Below, piece by piece: positions 31,869-46,166 of a stretch of 64,000 nucleotides of DNA. The translations under genes and the position numbers were made by a program. The notes under the pieces are model-generated. The model did no database searches, had not been told where the DNA came from, and saw only the letters and a list, made by a program, of their open reading frames with translations. Source of the DNA: the human T2T-CHM13v2.0 reference genome, Homo sapiens; the NCBI RefSeq assembly GCF_009914755.1, contig NC_060935.1. One strand, 5' to 3'. Numbering within the stretch: position 1 is the stretch's first letter; each line of letters begins with the position of its first letter.

Positions 31869-33754
31869 TATAGCAATATTTATGCCATGGTTTTATAAAT
31901 AGCAAAAATTACCACAACTTTGCTTTTCTTTCTCTCAAAAGTGAGTCATGCTTTTAAGAAAATATTAACCTTCATTAAATTAGTTTTAAAGTTTTACCTT
32001 TTTATTGTCAATAATTGATCCATCTCCATTAAAAATTATGTTATTAGAAAAGAAGAATTTGTGTGAAGTACAAACCTGCCACGCTTGCCATTGCTAAAGA
32101 GTATAATGCTTTTGGCATGAGGTGGCCCCATTTCTCATAGAAGGCAAGCTGCTTTTACTGATACCACCTAACAAACACTAAGCCAAAGCTAGTCAATTGG
32201 CATGATAATTTAATAAATATAAAACAAGCCAAATAAGCACACTTTCAAAGGGAATATTTTTTAAAAATCTGAATTAGAACTTTATACCAAAATTCTGTTA
32301 CTCTGCTGATAAACTTGACTTCAGAAATCTGCAGCTGATTCTGTATTTCCAAATATCAATTGTCTCTACCTTCAAAGTTGAACTCGAAGAAATAACATAT
32401 TTCTTTCCACATTGTGTTGGCATCTGCATTAAGTTTATATTTCATTACATTAGGGGCACACATACTGTCAGGTCTGGCAGACATAGAGCAACACAGGCTA
32501 TCTCTGCATTGTGGATAATATTTTGGTAGGCTGGCAGGGATTGGGGATTTAATTGATCCACAAATTTTATAAATAATTATGTTCCTTCAATCAGGTGAAA
32601 CAGAAATGGTCATAGGGGAAATGTAGATGTTTTCTTTGTCTGATCATGGGTCCAGAGGGCCTCGTAACATATTCGGTGCTGAACAGAACCTTCTGAGCAG
32701 ACTATGAAAGATTGAAGGTTTGAAATACAATGATCTTTTCCATTGTAATTCCAAATTCCAATATCAACATACAAATTCCATGTTCCTAATAACATATCTT
32801 AGTTTTCTAATTGGTTGTTTTGAGCTATTTCATATTATTTTCATGAGGATCACTTCCTTCCATTAAGCAGAATGGAACATTTCCCCTCAGGTTTATTTTT
32901 AGTTTATCTATAGTGAAAAATAGCATATTTAAAAATCAAATAGTCTAATGATTTTCCAAATGCATTCCTAAAAGTGATTTTTAATATTATTCCATTTCTT
33001 TTGGCTGAACACTTGTATATTTATAATAAACCTAGAAGCTCAAATGTCAACTTTTTGTTGTCCCATCAAAAGGAGACCAAATCACTTTATTGCCTCACCC
33101 TTCCCATTTGGCAGTGTTCCACTAGAATGAATTAGTAAGTGGTACACTGGATCTTCTACCCTAAGAGAAATGATGGGACAAAGTATATTTTAGAAATACT
33201 TCTCTAAGATAGTTCCCCTAATGAGGAAGTTACTGCCATTTTTCTTAAAAAATGCTGCAAACTTGAGTCTTTTTCTTTACTGCCTGGATTACAATTTCCT
33301 ATTGGTCACCACTTCTCAAAACTGTTTTTGTCAGCTATTATTAAAACACTGGATAGAAATCATGACTACTGATAATGATAAAGCAGAACTAGTTAAGTTA
33401 CTCAGCTTGGTCATCAGAAGATAATGATGATGGTTATTTGAAAACTTATTAAAAGCAATAAGAGCCATATGTGATTACATTTCTTTAATGCTTCTCTTGT
33501 TTTGGCTTAGCATCTATTCAGAAGTGTATCATTAGCATTCAGAAGAAATTATAAAAAAGATAATGACTGGAAAATAACCTTTTAAATGACTGCTGTTATA
33601 TTTTTAAAGAATGATTCATTGGCAATAAAGCTTTAAAAGTCTACTGCATCATATATCATAGTGAACATGTACTTCCATGTTAGCCAGTTTCAAGAAAATG
33701 CTCCCAAGGAATGTGGACTTCACCTGACAAGGAACCCAAGCTCATTACCACTAG

Positions 33755-33866
33755 AGTAATCAATAACCTCTGCTAATGTGTTCAGCTGGCGACATAGGCC
33801 AGATCAATAAACCCCGCCACATGCTTTTGTTTTAGGAAATGAAGCCTTTTAGTTCTTAATTAAGGG
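33755..33866 (+). repeat. Dispersed direct repeat, copy A (unclassified)
   Basis: Aligns with 37925-38034; 26-nt core is 25/26 identical. Confidence 0.85.
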
Positions 33867-35408
33867 AGAGCCCTCACATCCGTAATGATTTCTACAATGA
33901 ATATTACCACAGAGGACATGGGAATGAATCTGCATTTTTCAATAAAGAACTGCATAAGGAAGGAGAAAAAAAAGGTTAAAAATAAGAGGACTTTGTTTAT
34001 TGCTTCCTTTGTTTACATTTTAAAATGCAAACCCATAGGAAGTTGTGTTCCCCTTGAAGTGAGAGAATGGCAAAAATTCAATTTTAGAAGCACAGTGGCA
34101 GGGAGCAAAAATTGTTTGTTCAACAAATCTCCATATAGTAATCAAGTAAGGCACCATATTTCAAGAAGAGCCCAGTGAATCAACTGCTTGAAGAATTTAC
34201 AAAGAGAGGACACAGAAAACTGAAGGAAATTATAGCAAAATATTAGAGCATGGCACTAGAATTTAACATAATCTAATCTAATTCAACATTTTATACTGTT
34301 TAGTTTTAAAGAATTAGGACATTTTTATAATATAAAATTATATTACAGGATCATTTAGGATCTTAAGAGTATAGAGCCCCCACATAGTTTACAATAAGGA
34401 AACAGTTTACAAAATATTCTATTTACATTCAGTAAAAACGATGACATAATATTGGACTCCATACCTGACTCTAAGACACACTGAACTTTTTGAAAGCTAA
34501 AAGACCAACTGGTAGATGGCAAAATTGTTTCTATTACTCTTTAATCACCATTTTCTTTAAATTGAGTATAAAATCACAGTGTTCTTAAAAAGTACATATG
34601 AAAATAAAAGATACCCAACTCCTTTGTACAAATAAGGCAAAGAGTTAGAGGATTCAGTTCTTTTCTGGGTCAGTATCTAATCATTCTTTCTTGATTTTTC
34701 CATGTACTTATTTATTAGACTTGGCTGAGTGTGACAGACTTCCTTAGATCGGGATAATTTCATCTACTCATTTATTCATAAGATGGAACATTCTGACTCA
34801 AGTCTTTATAAACTATTAATCTTAGCTTTGATGTCCTAAAATGTGGTTATTTGTAAGTGCATTCTCATTAATTTTGGACATATTTGCAATTTAAACATGT
34901 TTTCTGCTTATAAGTGAATTTAGCTCCCTAACAGATTGAAATAACCTCTTATATTTCCCAACTGTTTTTTTTTCTTTGTTGCAGATTTAGATCAAATTCT
35001 GCCTTTGAAAACTTCACCTTTTTATCTACATGAAAGATGGGGACAGATGTTTCCAATGCTTACTATAGCTTCAAAAATGTTTCAAAATCCTAATAAGTTC
35101 TATGCACATGAACTCTTTTGCTTACACTGATGTATTTTTAAACGTATTGATCACATACCAGATATGTTGCCCAACTAGCTATATAATCACTGGGACTCTA
35201 TAAGAAGAAAACTTGGACAAAAGAAAGTGAAAGCATTGTAGCTTAGGACCACTTCAAACCAGCTGAGAGCACTTACAGAGCTGTATTTTTAAATAAATAT
35301 ACCCATAGGATTTGAAAAATATTGACAATAAAAAATCCTACTAAGATGAATTACAACTCCCTTATATGTTCTTCATTACATTTTAAAAAATCCTTTGTAG
35401 TATACTTT

Positions 35409-35410
<2 letters not shown>

Positions 35411-35452
<42 letters not shown>
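35411..35452. repeat. (TG)21 microsatellite
   Basis: Direct reading. Confidence 0.97.
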
Positions 35453-35455
<3 letters not shown>

Positions 35456-35679
35456 CTAAGCTCAGGAGGGAGGAAGAATGGGAGAAAGAAGAGGGAAGGT
35501 GAGGAAGTGAGGAAGGAGAAGAAAGTGGCCAAGGCGGATTCATGAAAATTTTAGTTAACACATGACAATCTGGCTGTCTCTAACCACACTACAGCAAAGC
35601 TAGCTCTTCTCAATTATTCGTCTTTTTCCCCAACTTTGGTTGCTTATTTGTTTTGTTGTATTCCATTTAATGAACACAT

Positions 35680-35890
35680 GTATGTATAAGGTTTAGCCAA
35701 AGTCATTTCATATATGTCTACTCATTTAATTTTTAAGATAAGTCTATGGTGAGTGTACTGTTATTACTATCCTGACTTCAACAATGAGGGGACTTGAAAT
35801 TAGAATTAAATCATGATTGTACAAGGCAACTAAAAACTGGCAAAGCTGGGTTTTGAACTCAGTTAGCACTCTACAATACACTGTCTCTCC
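35680..35890 (-). mobile_element. MIR remnant
   Basis: ctcatttaat...aatgaggggacttga...ggcaaagctgggttttgaactcag. Confidence 0.65.
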
Positions 35891-37029
35891 ATTTGTTGTT
35901 TACCAAAACTTCGTAATTCCTTAAGAATTGCGGGGAACCTGAAAAACGCTCTGCTTTTCTTTTTGACTTACCTCTAACTTAAGTCTTAGACATAATTTTG
36001 CAATTACTGGGAAAATATGGTAACAATTATTCAATAAAAGAAAAAATAGATTTAAAGAGAAACATTAGATACTCTTTCTAGATTTCTATCAATGCTTTTT
36101 TTTTAAAAGTTCATTTGAGGTATCAGTTTTTGTTCATTTTCCTCCAAATGTATACATGGAATACTTGTAAACATCATATATTACTTCATCATAAGCTCAC
36201 TTATACTTGCCTACATAGAATAAAAAGTGGTGATTAGCTTATGGGAAGTGAATAAATAACTATTCACTTGAAAAGGTGAAGTGTTTCATAATCAATGAAA
36301 ATTGTTGAGGGCATTATAGACTGTCTTTAAATGCTCATTTTGAAAACTGGCACATAAAATGAAAGAAAGTAGGATGAGATTAATCTTGCCTCTTGGTCTC
36401 CATTTGACTATTTTCTTAAACTTTGGCCCTTGCAAAAAGGCAAGTGTTTTCCCATCCCCTAAATAGTAGCTTTGAGCCATACACCTAATACAGTCACAGA
36501 AAATGAAGGTTTATGAGGGTTCAAATTGTATTTTTTACTGTTAAAATGGACAAATGAAATACGATCTAGGCTGAACATAAACTAACCTTAAATGAGAAAC
36601 ATTTTTAGTAGGTTGTTAGCCTTCAGCCCTGTAATTGCTAACCTTAACACACTTAGAATAAAGAATCATTTCATAGCACTCTGAGGAAATACAAATCTTA
36701 GTATTTATTTAATGAGAAAATCTTTTTTTGTAAGAGAAAATTATACTACTTGTGAAGTGATTTTTCCCCAAATAGCTTATTTTTGAACCCTCAACCACAG
36801 AATTTTTTAATGTGAGACTTGTTTTTATGGCATCGTTTGCTAAGTATTTGTCTAAAATACCTTAAATAAGCAAATAGGATGATTATACCCATGCAACTAT
36901 TGCTGGAGTGATCAAAGTGACATGAGATTTATTTTGTATGCTTTGCATTTGTTAAAATCATAAGATAGTATCATAGAATGAGCTACAAGAAAATTTAAAG
37001 CACAAGAGGTATGATACAAGGAAAATGAC

Positions 37030-37400
37030 ATAATTCATTGAATACCTGGAATGTACAAAGCATTTTTCTTATTAACGAAATAAACAAATGAAGTAATTAT
37101 TTCTTCTTATTACAGATGAAGTAAACTGAGGCTTAGAAAATGTAACTTTCCTAAGGTTAAATAGAAGTAATAAAAGTTGGTAAGTGAAAGAACAAGAATC
37201 CCCTATATTTAAATGCAATAGTCATTTTCTTTTCACCACTGACTAGAACATGTTACCCTCCCAGAAGTCTCTAAACGCATACCTTTCATTTTTGGAGGAA
37301 AAAGTGGAGGCATGAGAGATTAAGTACCTGAATAAGGTTTTACGTAAGACATGGACAAGTATAGGAATGGGTCTGGGTTCTCTATATTCATTCTAAAATT
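37030..37400 (-). mobile_element. Two adjacent MIR remnants
   Basis: MIR cores ttacagatgaagtaaactgaggcttaga and ggaaaaagtggaggcatgagagattaagt. Confidence 0.65.
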
Positions 37401-37924
37401 CATGCGTTACATTTTGGTATAATATTGTTGGTTTTGCAAGATCTGTCTGTTTTTATGGCACCATTTTCTCCTACTTTATAAAATTTATGAAGCAAAATGA
37501 AACTCATGAATATCTGAGAGCAGTGGGGAGAAGTTTACATTTAATAGCTTTTTTTCCTCTCCTGGAATCTATAATTAGCAGTAGAGAACAATAGATCATT
37601 AAAAAATCAAGCAATGATATTTGAATTAATATTTTTATTCTTCCTGGTAAGCAACAAAATTCTAAGTAGTTGGTACTTGAAACCTATATGTTTCACACAA
37701 ATTGCCATCATGTTAATGTGAAATATATTTTATAATTGAAGACTCAAGTAAGAAAAGCCCCAGAAACAAAACCCTGCTGTACTGTAAATCACAGATGAAA
37801 TATGTTTAATGGTTGTAATTTTCAAATGGCCTACAGGCAACTGGAATGCTTTTAGGATCTTCATACTGGTATCATAGCAATAGATAATTGAATTTTTTAT
37901 GGCCCCATTATTTGTTAGTATTTT

Positions 37925-38034
37925 AGTAATCAAAACCATTAGCCAATGTGCTGAGCTGGTGGCAAACTGGAGTCAATAATCTTGCCACATGCTTTGGTTT
38001 TAGGAAATGCACCTTATAATCTCTTAATTAAAGG
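37925..38034 (+). repeat. Dispersed direct repeat, copy B (unclassified)
   Basis: Aligns with 33755-33866. Confidence 0.85.
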
Positions 38035-39767
38035 CCATTCTTTCATTCCCATTTGAGTTCATTAGACATCTAAGAATATTCAAGAGGAACAGAAAAGTAA
38101 CTTTAACATTGGTAGGTAGTAAGTAAATCACGTATCAATTAAAACATATAGGTTACTACTATATATATCCTAGTTCAAGAAAACCTCATGCCAAATATGT
38201 TTACCCTCAAATTAGAAAATTATTACTTAAATAATTATTAGTAGTAGTATTTTTCTGCAGCATTTTAAAACTTTGATTATCACACTGTAAGGCATTTTAA
38301 ACCTAGTCAACTAACGAACAATCCACTTTCCTCAAAAGTTATAGAAAGCACATCAATCTCAATATACTTGTTTTCTCAAATTCTACTTTCTTTAACTTAA
38401 AAAAAAAGTAGTCATTTTCAGATGTCATTAAATGCAATTATTGAATTTTGTTCTCTGTAAACTAACCTAACATTGTAGGAATCAAAAGATCATTTGTTGG
38501 TTTCTGTGAGTCTAATCATGACATTTGTTGGGTCATTATTTAAGAGTTGTGTTTCCGATGGAATCCAGTATATTCCTTCCTGTGATTTTTTAAGTACAGG
38601 AGACACAATTAAGGTAGCTACAGCTAATGCCAACAGTTAAAGCTAACCCAGTTAGGATGGCTCTCAATTAGAGGAACCAATTACGGTTTCTACAAGACAA
38701 TCATTTTCACAGCTAAAAGAGTTCTCCTGAATCCTTATCCATTGTCATTTTTTAAAAGAAATTTATTTGTTATTACCTGAGTTTTGTCTGATTTACATTA
38801 CTCTAAAGTGAAAGTCATAATAGGCTAATATTAAAGGTTTAATAATAATGAACTCAAAAGTCAGAAAATATGAAGGTTAATATTCTAAAAGTAAGAGTCA
38901 CCATGCACATTTATTCAACAGTCTCTCCAACAAAAGTCTTCCATATATAGCTGGAATAATTTACCATTGTTTGAATTATTTCATAAATTCTTATAGGAAG
39001 CCTACATTTCTCAGGTACTTATATTATTTCATTGTTGTTCAGTAGGTAGAACACAAGGTCTGTATCTGGCTAACTTGATTAATTTCCATTATCAGGAAGA
39101 AACTGTCTTTTTCTTACTATAATGTAGCCAGCTGATCTATGCCTGGAACCCAGAGGATTCATGTGGCATCTCTTGGTTACTGTGAAAACATTAGGTAAAA
39201 ACTACATTGACTCAATAAAGTCAGGACAAATAAATATGTAAACCTTTCAAGAATAAGTTTAATTCTCAAAAGATTTTAAAAAATAGTAATAAAGTGAGTT
39301 GCTGGCTTGGGTAAAAGGATGCAGTGGGTAGTAAAAATAGGAAATAATAAACAACTATAGCCTTAAAGCTATATATAGAAATGAAGAATTTAGTGGCATT
39401 AAATGTGTGTATTAGAAAGATTATATATGTATATATTAACCTATATATATTAACTACTATATCTCTCTACTCCCTTTTGCCCTGCTCTTCTATATGAGGT
39501 GTATCAATGTTTAAATTTACAAATTAGTCTATAGGTCATAAAACCACAATAAGCCCATCTGGATTTGATGGGGAAGCTTTCATATTGCCTGAACATCCTG
39601 AACTATTAGACTTAATGAAATCAGTAATGAGAATCTGGGGAGAGAGGAAGAGTATTAGTGTTTTATGAAATACATTTGTGCCATATTAAACAGAGATATA
39701 CTATTTTGTATGGGTGTTAAATACAGTATAATGGTGAAATGGATGCAGGAATTTTAAATATGGAAAT

Positions 39768-42203
39768 TGATATAGTTTGAATATTTGTCCCACCCAAATC
39801 TCATGCTGAATGTTAATCCCCAATGTTGGAAGTGAGGCCTGGTGAGAAGTGTTTGGGTCAAGGGGAGCAGATCCCCTTTGGCTTGTGCAGTCTTCATGAT
39901 AGTGAGTTCTTGTGAGATCTGATCATTTAAAAGTGTACAGCACCTCCTCCTCTCCTCACTCTTTCTTGATCCTGCTCAGGCCATGTCATATGCTCGTTCC
40001 CCCTTTGCCTTCTGCCATGATTGTAACCTTTCTGAGGCTTCCCCGGAATCTGAGTAGATGCCAACACCTTGCTTCTGGTAAAGCCTGCAGAAGTGTGAGT
40101 CAATTAAAACTCTTTTCTTTATACATTACCCAGTCTCAGGTACTTCTTTATAGCAATGTGAGAACTGCCTAATCCAGAAAATCGGTACCAAGAGTGGGTG
40201 TTGCTATACAGATACCTGAAAATGTAAAAGTGGCTTTGGAACTGGGTAATGGGGAGAAACTGGAAGTATTTGGAGGATTTATAAGAAGACAGGAAGATAA
40301 GAAGAGTTTAGAACTTCTTAGAGACTGTTTAAAAGATTGTGACCAAAATACTGATAGTGATATGTACAGTGAAGTCCAGGTTGATGACGTCTCAGATGGA
40401 AATGAGAAACTTACTGGGACCTGGAACAATGATCATGCATGTCATGCCTTACCAAAAAGTTTGGCAGCATTCTGTCCATGCCCTAGGAATCTGTGAAAGT
40501 TGGAGCTTCATAATGATAATTTAGAGTGTCTGGTGAAAAAACTTGTAAGCATCAAAGCATTCAACATGTGTTCTGGCTGCTTCTAATAGCCTATCCTCAG
40601 ATGGAGGGGCAAAAGAATAACTTAAAATTGTAACTAATATTTAAAAGGAAAGCCCAGCATTTATGTTTCAAAAATTTGCAGCCTAGCAAAGTGTCAAGAA
40701 AGAAAAAGCTTTTTAGGGGGAGGAATTCAAGTGGGCTGTGGAACAACCACTTACTAGAGATGTTTGCATAACTGAAAGGGATTCAAGGCTAATATCCAAG
40801 ACAATGGGAAAAAAGGCCTCAAAGACATTTCAGAGACATTTGCAGCAGTCCCTCCCATCACAGGCCCAAAGATCTAGGAGGGAAGAATGGTTTCATGGGC
40901 CTGGCCGAGGGCCCTGCTGCCCTGTGTAGCCTCACGGCACTGCTTCCCTCATCCAGGCCACTCCAGCCTCAGTTCAGAGGACCTCAAGTACAACTCAGAC
41001 TACTGCTTTAGATCGTATAAGGCATAAGCGTTGGCAGCTTCCACATGGTGTTAAGCCTGCAGGTGCACAGAGTACAAGAATGAATGAGTCTTGGCAGCCT
41101 CCAGCTAGATTTCAGAGGATATACAGAAAAGCTTGGGTGTCCAGGCAGAAGCCTGCTGCAGAGGTGGAGCCCCTGCAGAGAAGCCCTAGTAGGGCAGTGT
41201 CAAGAGGAAAGGTGGAGTTGGAGCCTGCCCCCACATGGCACTGTGGCACTGCCTTTTGGAGCTATGAGAAGGGGATTACCACCCTCCAGACCTGAGAATG
41301 GTAGATCCACCAGCAGCTTACACCTTGCATCTAGAAAGGACAGTCATTCAACAACCTGTAAGAGCAGCCATGAGGGCTGTACCCTGCAAAATCACAGAGG
41401 TGGAGTTTCCCAAGGCCTTGGAAGCCTACCACAAGCATCAGTGTGTCCTGGATGTGGGACATGGAGTCAAATGAGATTATTTTGGAGCTTTACAATTTAA
41501 TGACTTCCCTACTGAGTTTCAAACTTGCATGGGGCCTATAGCCCCTTTCTTTTTGCCAATTTCTCCCTTTGGAACAGAATGTTTACCTAATGTCTATAAC
41601 CCCATTGGATCCTGAAAGTAACTAACTTGTTTCCAATTTTATAGGCTCATAAGTAGAATGGATTTGTGTTGTTTCAGATGAGACTTTGGACATTTAATGC
41701 TGGACCGAGTTAAGACATTGGAAGACTTTTAAGAAAGCATGATTGTATTTTGAAATGTGAGGAGGGAGATTTGGGAGAGGCCAAGGGGGAAATGATATAG
41801 TTTGAATATTTGTCCCTGCCCAAATCTCATATTGAATTATAATCTCCATGCTGGATTAGGGGCCAAATGGGAGACGTTTTGATCATGGGGGCAGATCACT
41901 CATGGCTTGGTGCTGTCTTCAGAGATGGCGAATTCTTGTGAGATCTGCTCATTTAAAATGTGTGGTACCTCCCCAACACACACACTGTCTCTATTGCTCT
42001 TGCACTGGTCATGTGATATGCCTGCTCCCCTTCCCCTTCCACCATGATTGTGAGATTCCTGAGGCCTCCCCAGAAGCCAGGCATATGCTGGTACCATGCT
42101 TCCTGTAAAGCCTACAAAACCGTGAGCTAATTAAACCTCTTTTCTCTATAAATTACCCAGTCTCAGGTATTTCTTTGTAGCAATGCAAGAATGACTTAAT
42201 ACA
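39768..42203 (+). mobile_element. Complete MSTA MaLR: LTR 39768-40176, internal 40177-41792, LTR 41793-42203
   Basis: Both LTRs begin tgatatagtttgaatatttgtccc and end ...aat(c/a)ca; internal begins gaaaatcggtacc with ORF relic IPENVKVALELGNG...LAAFCPCPRNL; polypurine tract precedes the 3' LTR. Confidence 0.95.
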
Positions 42204-42363
42204 GGAACTGAAGAGATAATTTGTCTCTCTTCTCTCAGATATATTCCTCAGTTTTTCTTTATTCTCTATGTCAAAGAAGCAGGACTCAGAAGTCTATATT
42301 TCTACAATCATTTGCCTATTGTTTTCCAGACTGATTTGGCCAATGGAATTCCTATAAGGTCCC

Positions 42364-42736
42364 TGTTATGGATTGAATGTGTCCCTCATAAAATTCACAT
42401 ATTCAAGCCCTAACCACAGAAGTATTGGTACTTGGAGGTGTGGCCTTCAGGAGGTAATTAGGTTTAGATGAGGTCATAAGTGTGTGGCCACCATAATGTT
42501 GTTAGTGCCCTTGTGAAGAGACAAAGAGACAGAGTGCTCTCTTCATCTGTTATAAAAGAACACAATAAAAACACAGCTGTCTTCAAGCCAGGAAAACAGT
42601 TTTTGTCAAGGAATGGAATTAGCCAGTAACCTTGATCTTGGACTTCCCAGCTTTCAGAACTGTGAGAAATCAATAACTGTTGTTTAAACCACTAGTCAAT
42701 GGTATTTTGTGATGGAAGCCCAAGCTGACTGATACA
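42364..42736 (+). mobile_element. MLT1A-family solo LTR
   Basis: tgttatggattgaatgtgtccc...ccttgatcttggacttcccagctttcagaactgtgagaaat...gctgactgataca. Confidence 0.9.
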
Positions 42737-43029
42737 GGGCCACTATTTCAGGAAAGATCTCTAGGTATTGTTGTGGCTTCTCTGAGAATCCAGATGTAAC
42801 TGACACCCCCTCCATCCAGAGTTCTTTTACTAAAAAGCATAGCTTCTTCATTCTTGTGTCATAAGCTTCTCCTTTTGTCCCTTCAGAACTGAAATAGTAG
42901 CAGTTTTATTGCTAAACTTTGAATTGCTTCACTAATTGGCTTACCAATAGTTTTGTTATATGAGTAACAAATATGTTTAATTAAATTCCTAATCTTATAG
43001 ATTAGGTATGCTAGTAATTAATTTTTACA

Positions 43030-43760
43030 GCTCCCTTCATTTAGGAAAAATAATTTTGCTGTGTATAGAATTCTGGGTAGACAGCTGTTGTTGCTGTTAT
43101 TGTTTTTGTGGCTACTGGTTTTTCTTAGCACTCTAAAGATGGCACTTCATTGTCTTTAGCTGGCATGGTTTCTGATGAAAAGTTGGTTGTATTTCTTATA
43201 TTTCATCCTGTAAGTAGAGACTGAGGTAAGTAGTTTTAATATTTGGACATAGATATATCTTTTCCTTTTGATGGGCCTTAAATGAGAAGCTTTGTTATTC
43301 TAGCTGGAATTTAAGTTAAGTCTGAGAAATTTTATTGCTGATAACCCTCAGTGCACTAAGTTTTTCACATGCCTGTTGTGAATATCTTGCTTCATTCACA
43401 TTGCCTTGCCAGTCTGCACTTGGCCTTCACCAACTAATAAACTATTCTAGCTGAACTCTATTTTTCTTATATCTAGTTTTATCTATAGCAGGCAAGTGAG
43501 TGCTTATGTCTTCTTTCCCCACGCAGTTACCTGTCTCTTCTTAGACTTTGGGCCAGATCAAGGGTATTTGTCCACAATTCTTTAGTAGATTCAAATAAGT
43601 TATAAAGTTCACGTGAGTCTTGGTTTCTTTGGATTAATTTTAAAAAACAAAAACAAAAACAAAACCACAAACAACCTATTTTTTGTTCTCCACTTCCCAG
43701 AGCAGAAGTCAGAAGTTCAGTGATATGTTTCTAACTCATTACCCAGACATCTATTTGGGC
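43030..43760 (-). mobile_element. Old L1M ORF1/5' fragments
   Basis: ttttgctgtgtatagaattctgggtagacag; ggcatggtttctgatgaaaagt. Confidence 0.6.
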
Positions 43761-44399
43761 TTTTGTTGACTAAATATCATGAACTGTGCTCTGTGCTAGT
43801 TTTTAAGTATACAAAGATTTTTTGAAGATGGAATAGGCCTTGTGCTCAAAAAGATTTAGTCGTTTGGAGATATTATACTCACATATACACAAACATACAA
43901 TTGCTGTGGCAAAAATAAGGAATCAACAGGGCCACACCAAGACATGGACATTGCTAACAAGGAGCCACTCCTGTTAAAACTAGGGGAATAGATAAGAAAG
44001 AGTCAATCTGGGCCATATAATCAGTTAAGATTATGCAGGATCTGGGAAGGAAATAAGATGGCAATTATCTCTGTGGAACATACTTGGGGAAATAGAAGTA
44101 TGAGGACTATGATGTTTTCTATGCTTTTCCCAATTTTATGCAAATGTTGTGCAATTGGCCAAGTCTCACCAACTCTATTGGACTCCAGCCCTTGTTTATG
44201 TCCCTCATTAAAATATTTATATCATTTCATGTCTATACCACCCAATTCAGTATTTAAATATATTCTAATTTGTAGTGCATATTTTTACACATCTTTTTTA
44301 TACCCCAAAAATTCTAATGTCCATAAAAGACAAGGTCATATTGTATTTCTTTTTATGCAGTGAGACTGAGGTCATGAGGAAAGCCTGTACATTATGATC

Positions 44400-44520
44400 A
44401 CACAGAAGAATATTTGCATCTTGGGTTGTATTCTTTCTATCTTCATTACCTTGAGTAAGTTACTTATGCTTAATAAACCTTGAATTACTTAACCACAAAA
44501 TGACTGGCTCTAAGGGTGCT
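44400..44520 (+). mobile_element. MIR remnant
   Basis: accttgagtaagttactta...aaaatg core. Confidence 0.5.
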
Positions 44521-45562
44521 GAATAAATATAATCATTGCTAAGTTCAATGTAAGGTGTATTAGCAAGAGACTTCTGAAACTTTTCTTTTGAAAAATAAAT
44601 CATACAAAAACACCTGAAAGAAATATTTGGTAAGGGTAATTATAGTGCCATATAGAAAACTATAGCCAACATCTGTTCATACATCCACAAATCCCTCTTC
44701 AAAACACAGCATCATATAAATATTATCTCAGTGAAGGTGAAGCACACCGAAAGTTTTGGGGTGAAAATATTCTATGTAAGTATATTTTATTGGTAATCTA
44801 AAAACAGAAAAAAAAGAAAAAATCTGTAATTCATTCAGTTGATAATTTCTCCCTTTGATGCTGCAAATTTACATATACAGATTTCATCTTAACTTTAGAT
44901 GTAAACATATTGCAGTAAAACTATCTACATTCATGAATTTTGAGCTAATGCCTTCTTAACTCAAAGGGCTCTAGTTGAGGTGCCCATTGAAGGCAAATAA
45001 GCAATATTCCTTAAATATATTCAAATGCATAATTTAAATCTTTCACATCTCAAAAACAGTTAACCAGTTTTCCTCAAATATGGTATAATTTTCCTTCCAC
45101 AATAAAAACTGCAATCCTGCCAACTTCGGAGTTGTATAGCTTTAGCTGTTTTTTAATTATACCAAAGAAAAACAGAGATGAAGTGTTTTTCTTCTAAGTG
45201 AAGAAAAGTTTTCTATTCATACTTGTATTACTCAATACCATATGAATGGATCTTGCACAAATGTGTTTTTACGGAAATCAAGGGGCTTTGGGCAGAGACC
45301 AAGTTCTACCCACAAGGAGTGGCAAATATATTATTTTTGAAGTTCCATTAAGGAATTAAATTTGCAATGTAATTCTTAGTCTAACTACTACATTTGTTAT
45401 TTTAAATGTTATTTTAAACTTTATATTCAACATTAACGTTAAAAAAAAACACTGTTCTCCCTGCACCACCTTTGCTTGTAAAAAATAATGTTTAGTACTA
45501 TTTAGGTATCTTTTAACATAAGTCCTCTTGGTCTATCCAAATTTATCTCTCACTGAGCCTAG

Positions 45563-46004
<442 letters not shown>

Positions 46005-46127
46005 TCAGTTATACAAGCCCAAGTTACAACTTCAATGAACGCTCGTCAAACCATTTTGGGTTATACAAATCTCTTTTTTCTCATATAACTTTCTTTCTTG
46101 CCTCTGTTTTATTTTTCTATTTTCTTT

Positions 46128-46129
<2 letters not shown>

Positions 46130-46165
<36 letters not shown>
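46130..46165. repeat. T36 homopolymer
   Basis: Direct reading. Confidence 0.97.

Positions 46166-46166
<1 letters not shown>

Noticed and set aside
42204-42990. Possible very old LTR hosting the MSTA and MLT1A insertions
   Set aside because: Only faint resemblance; family and boundaries cannot be supported by eye.
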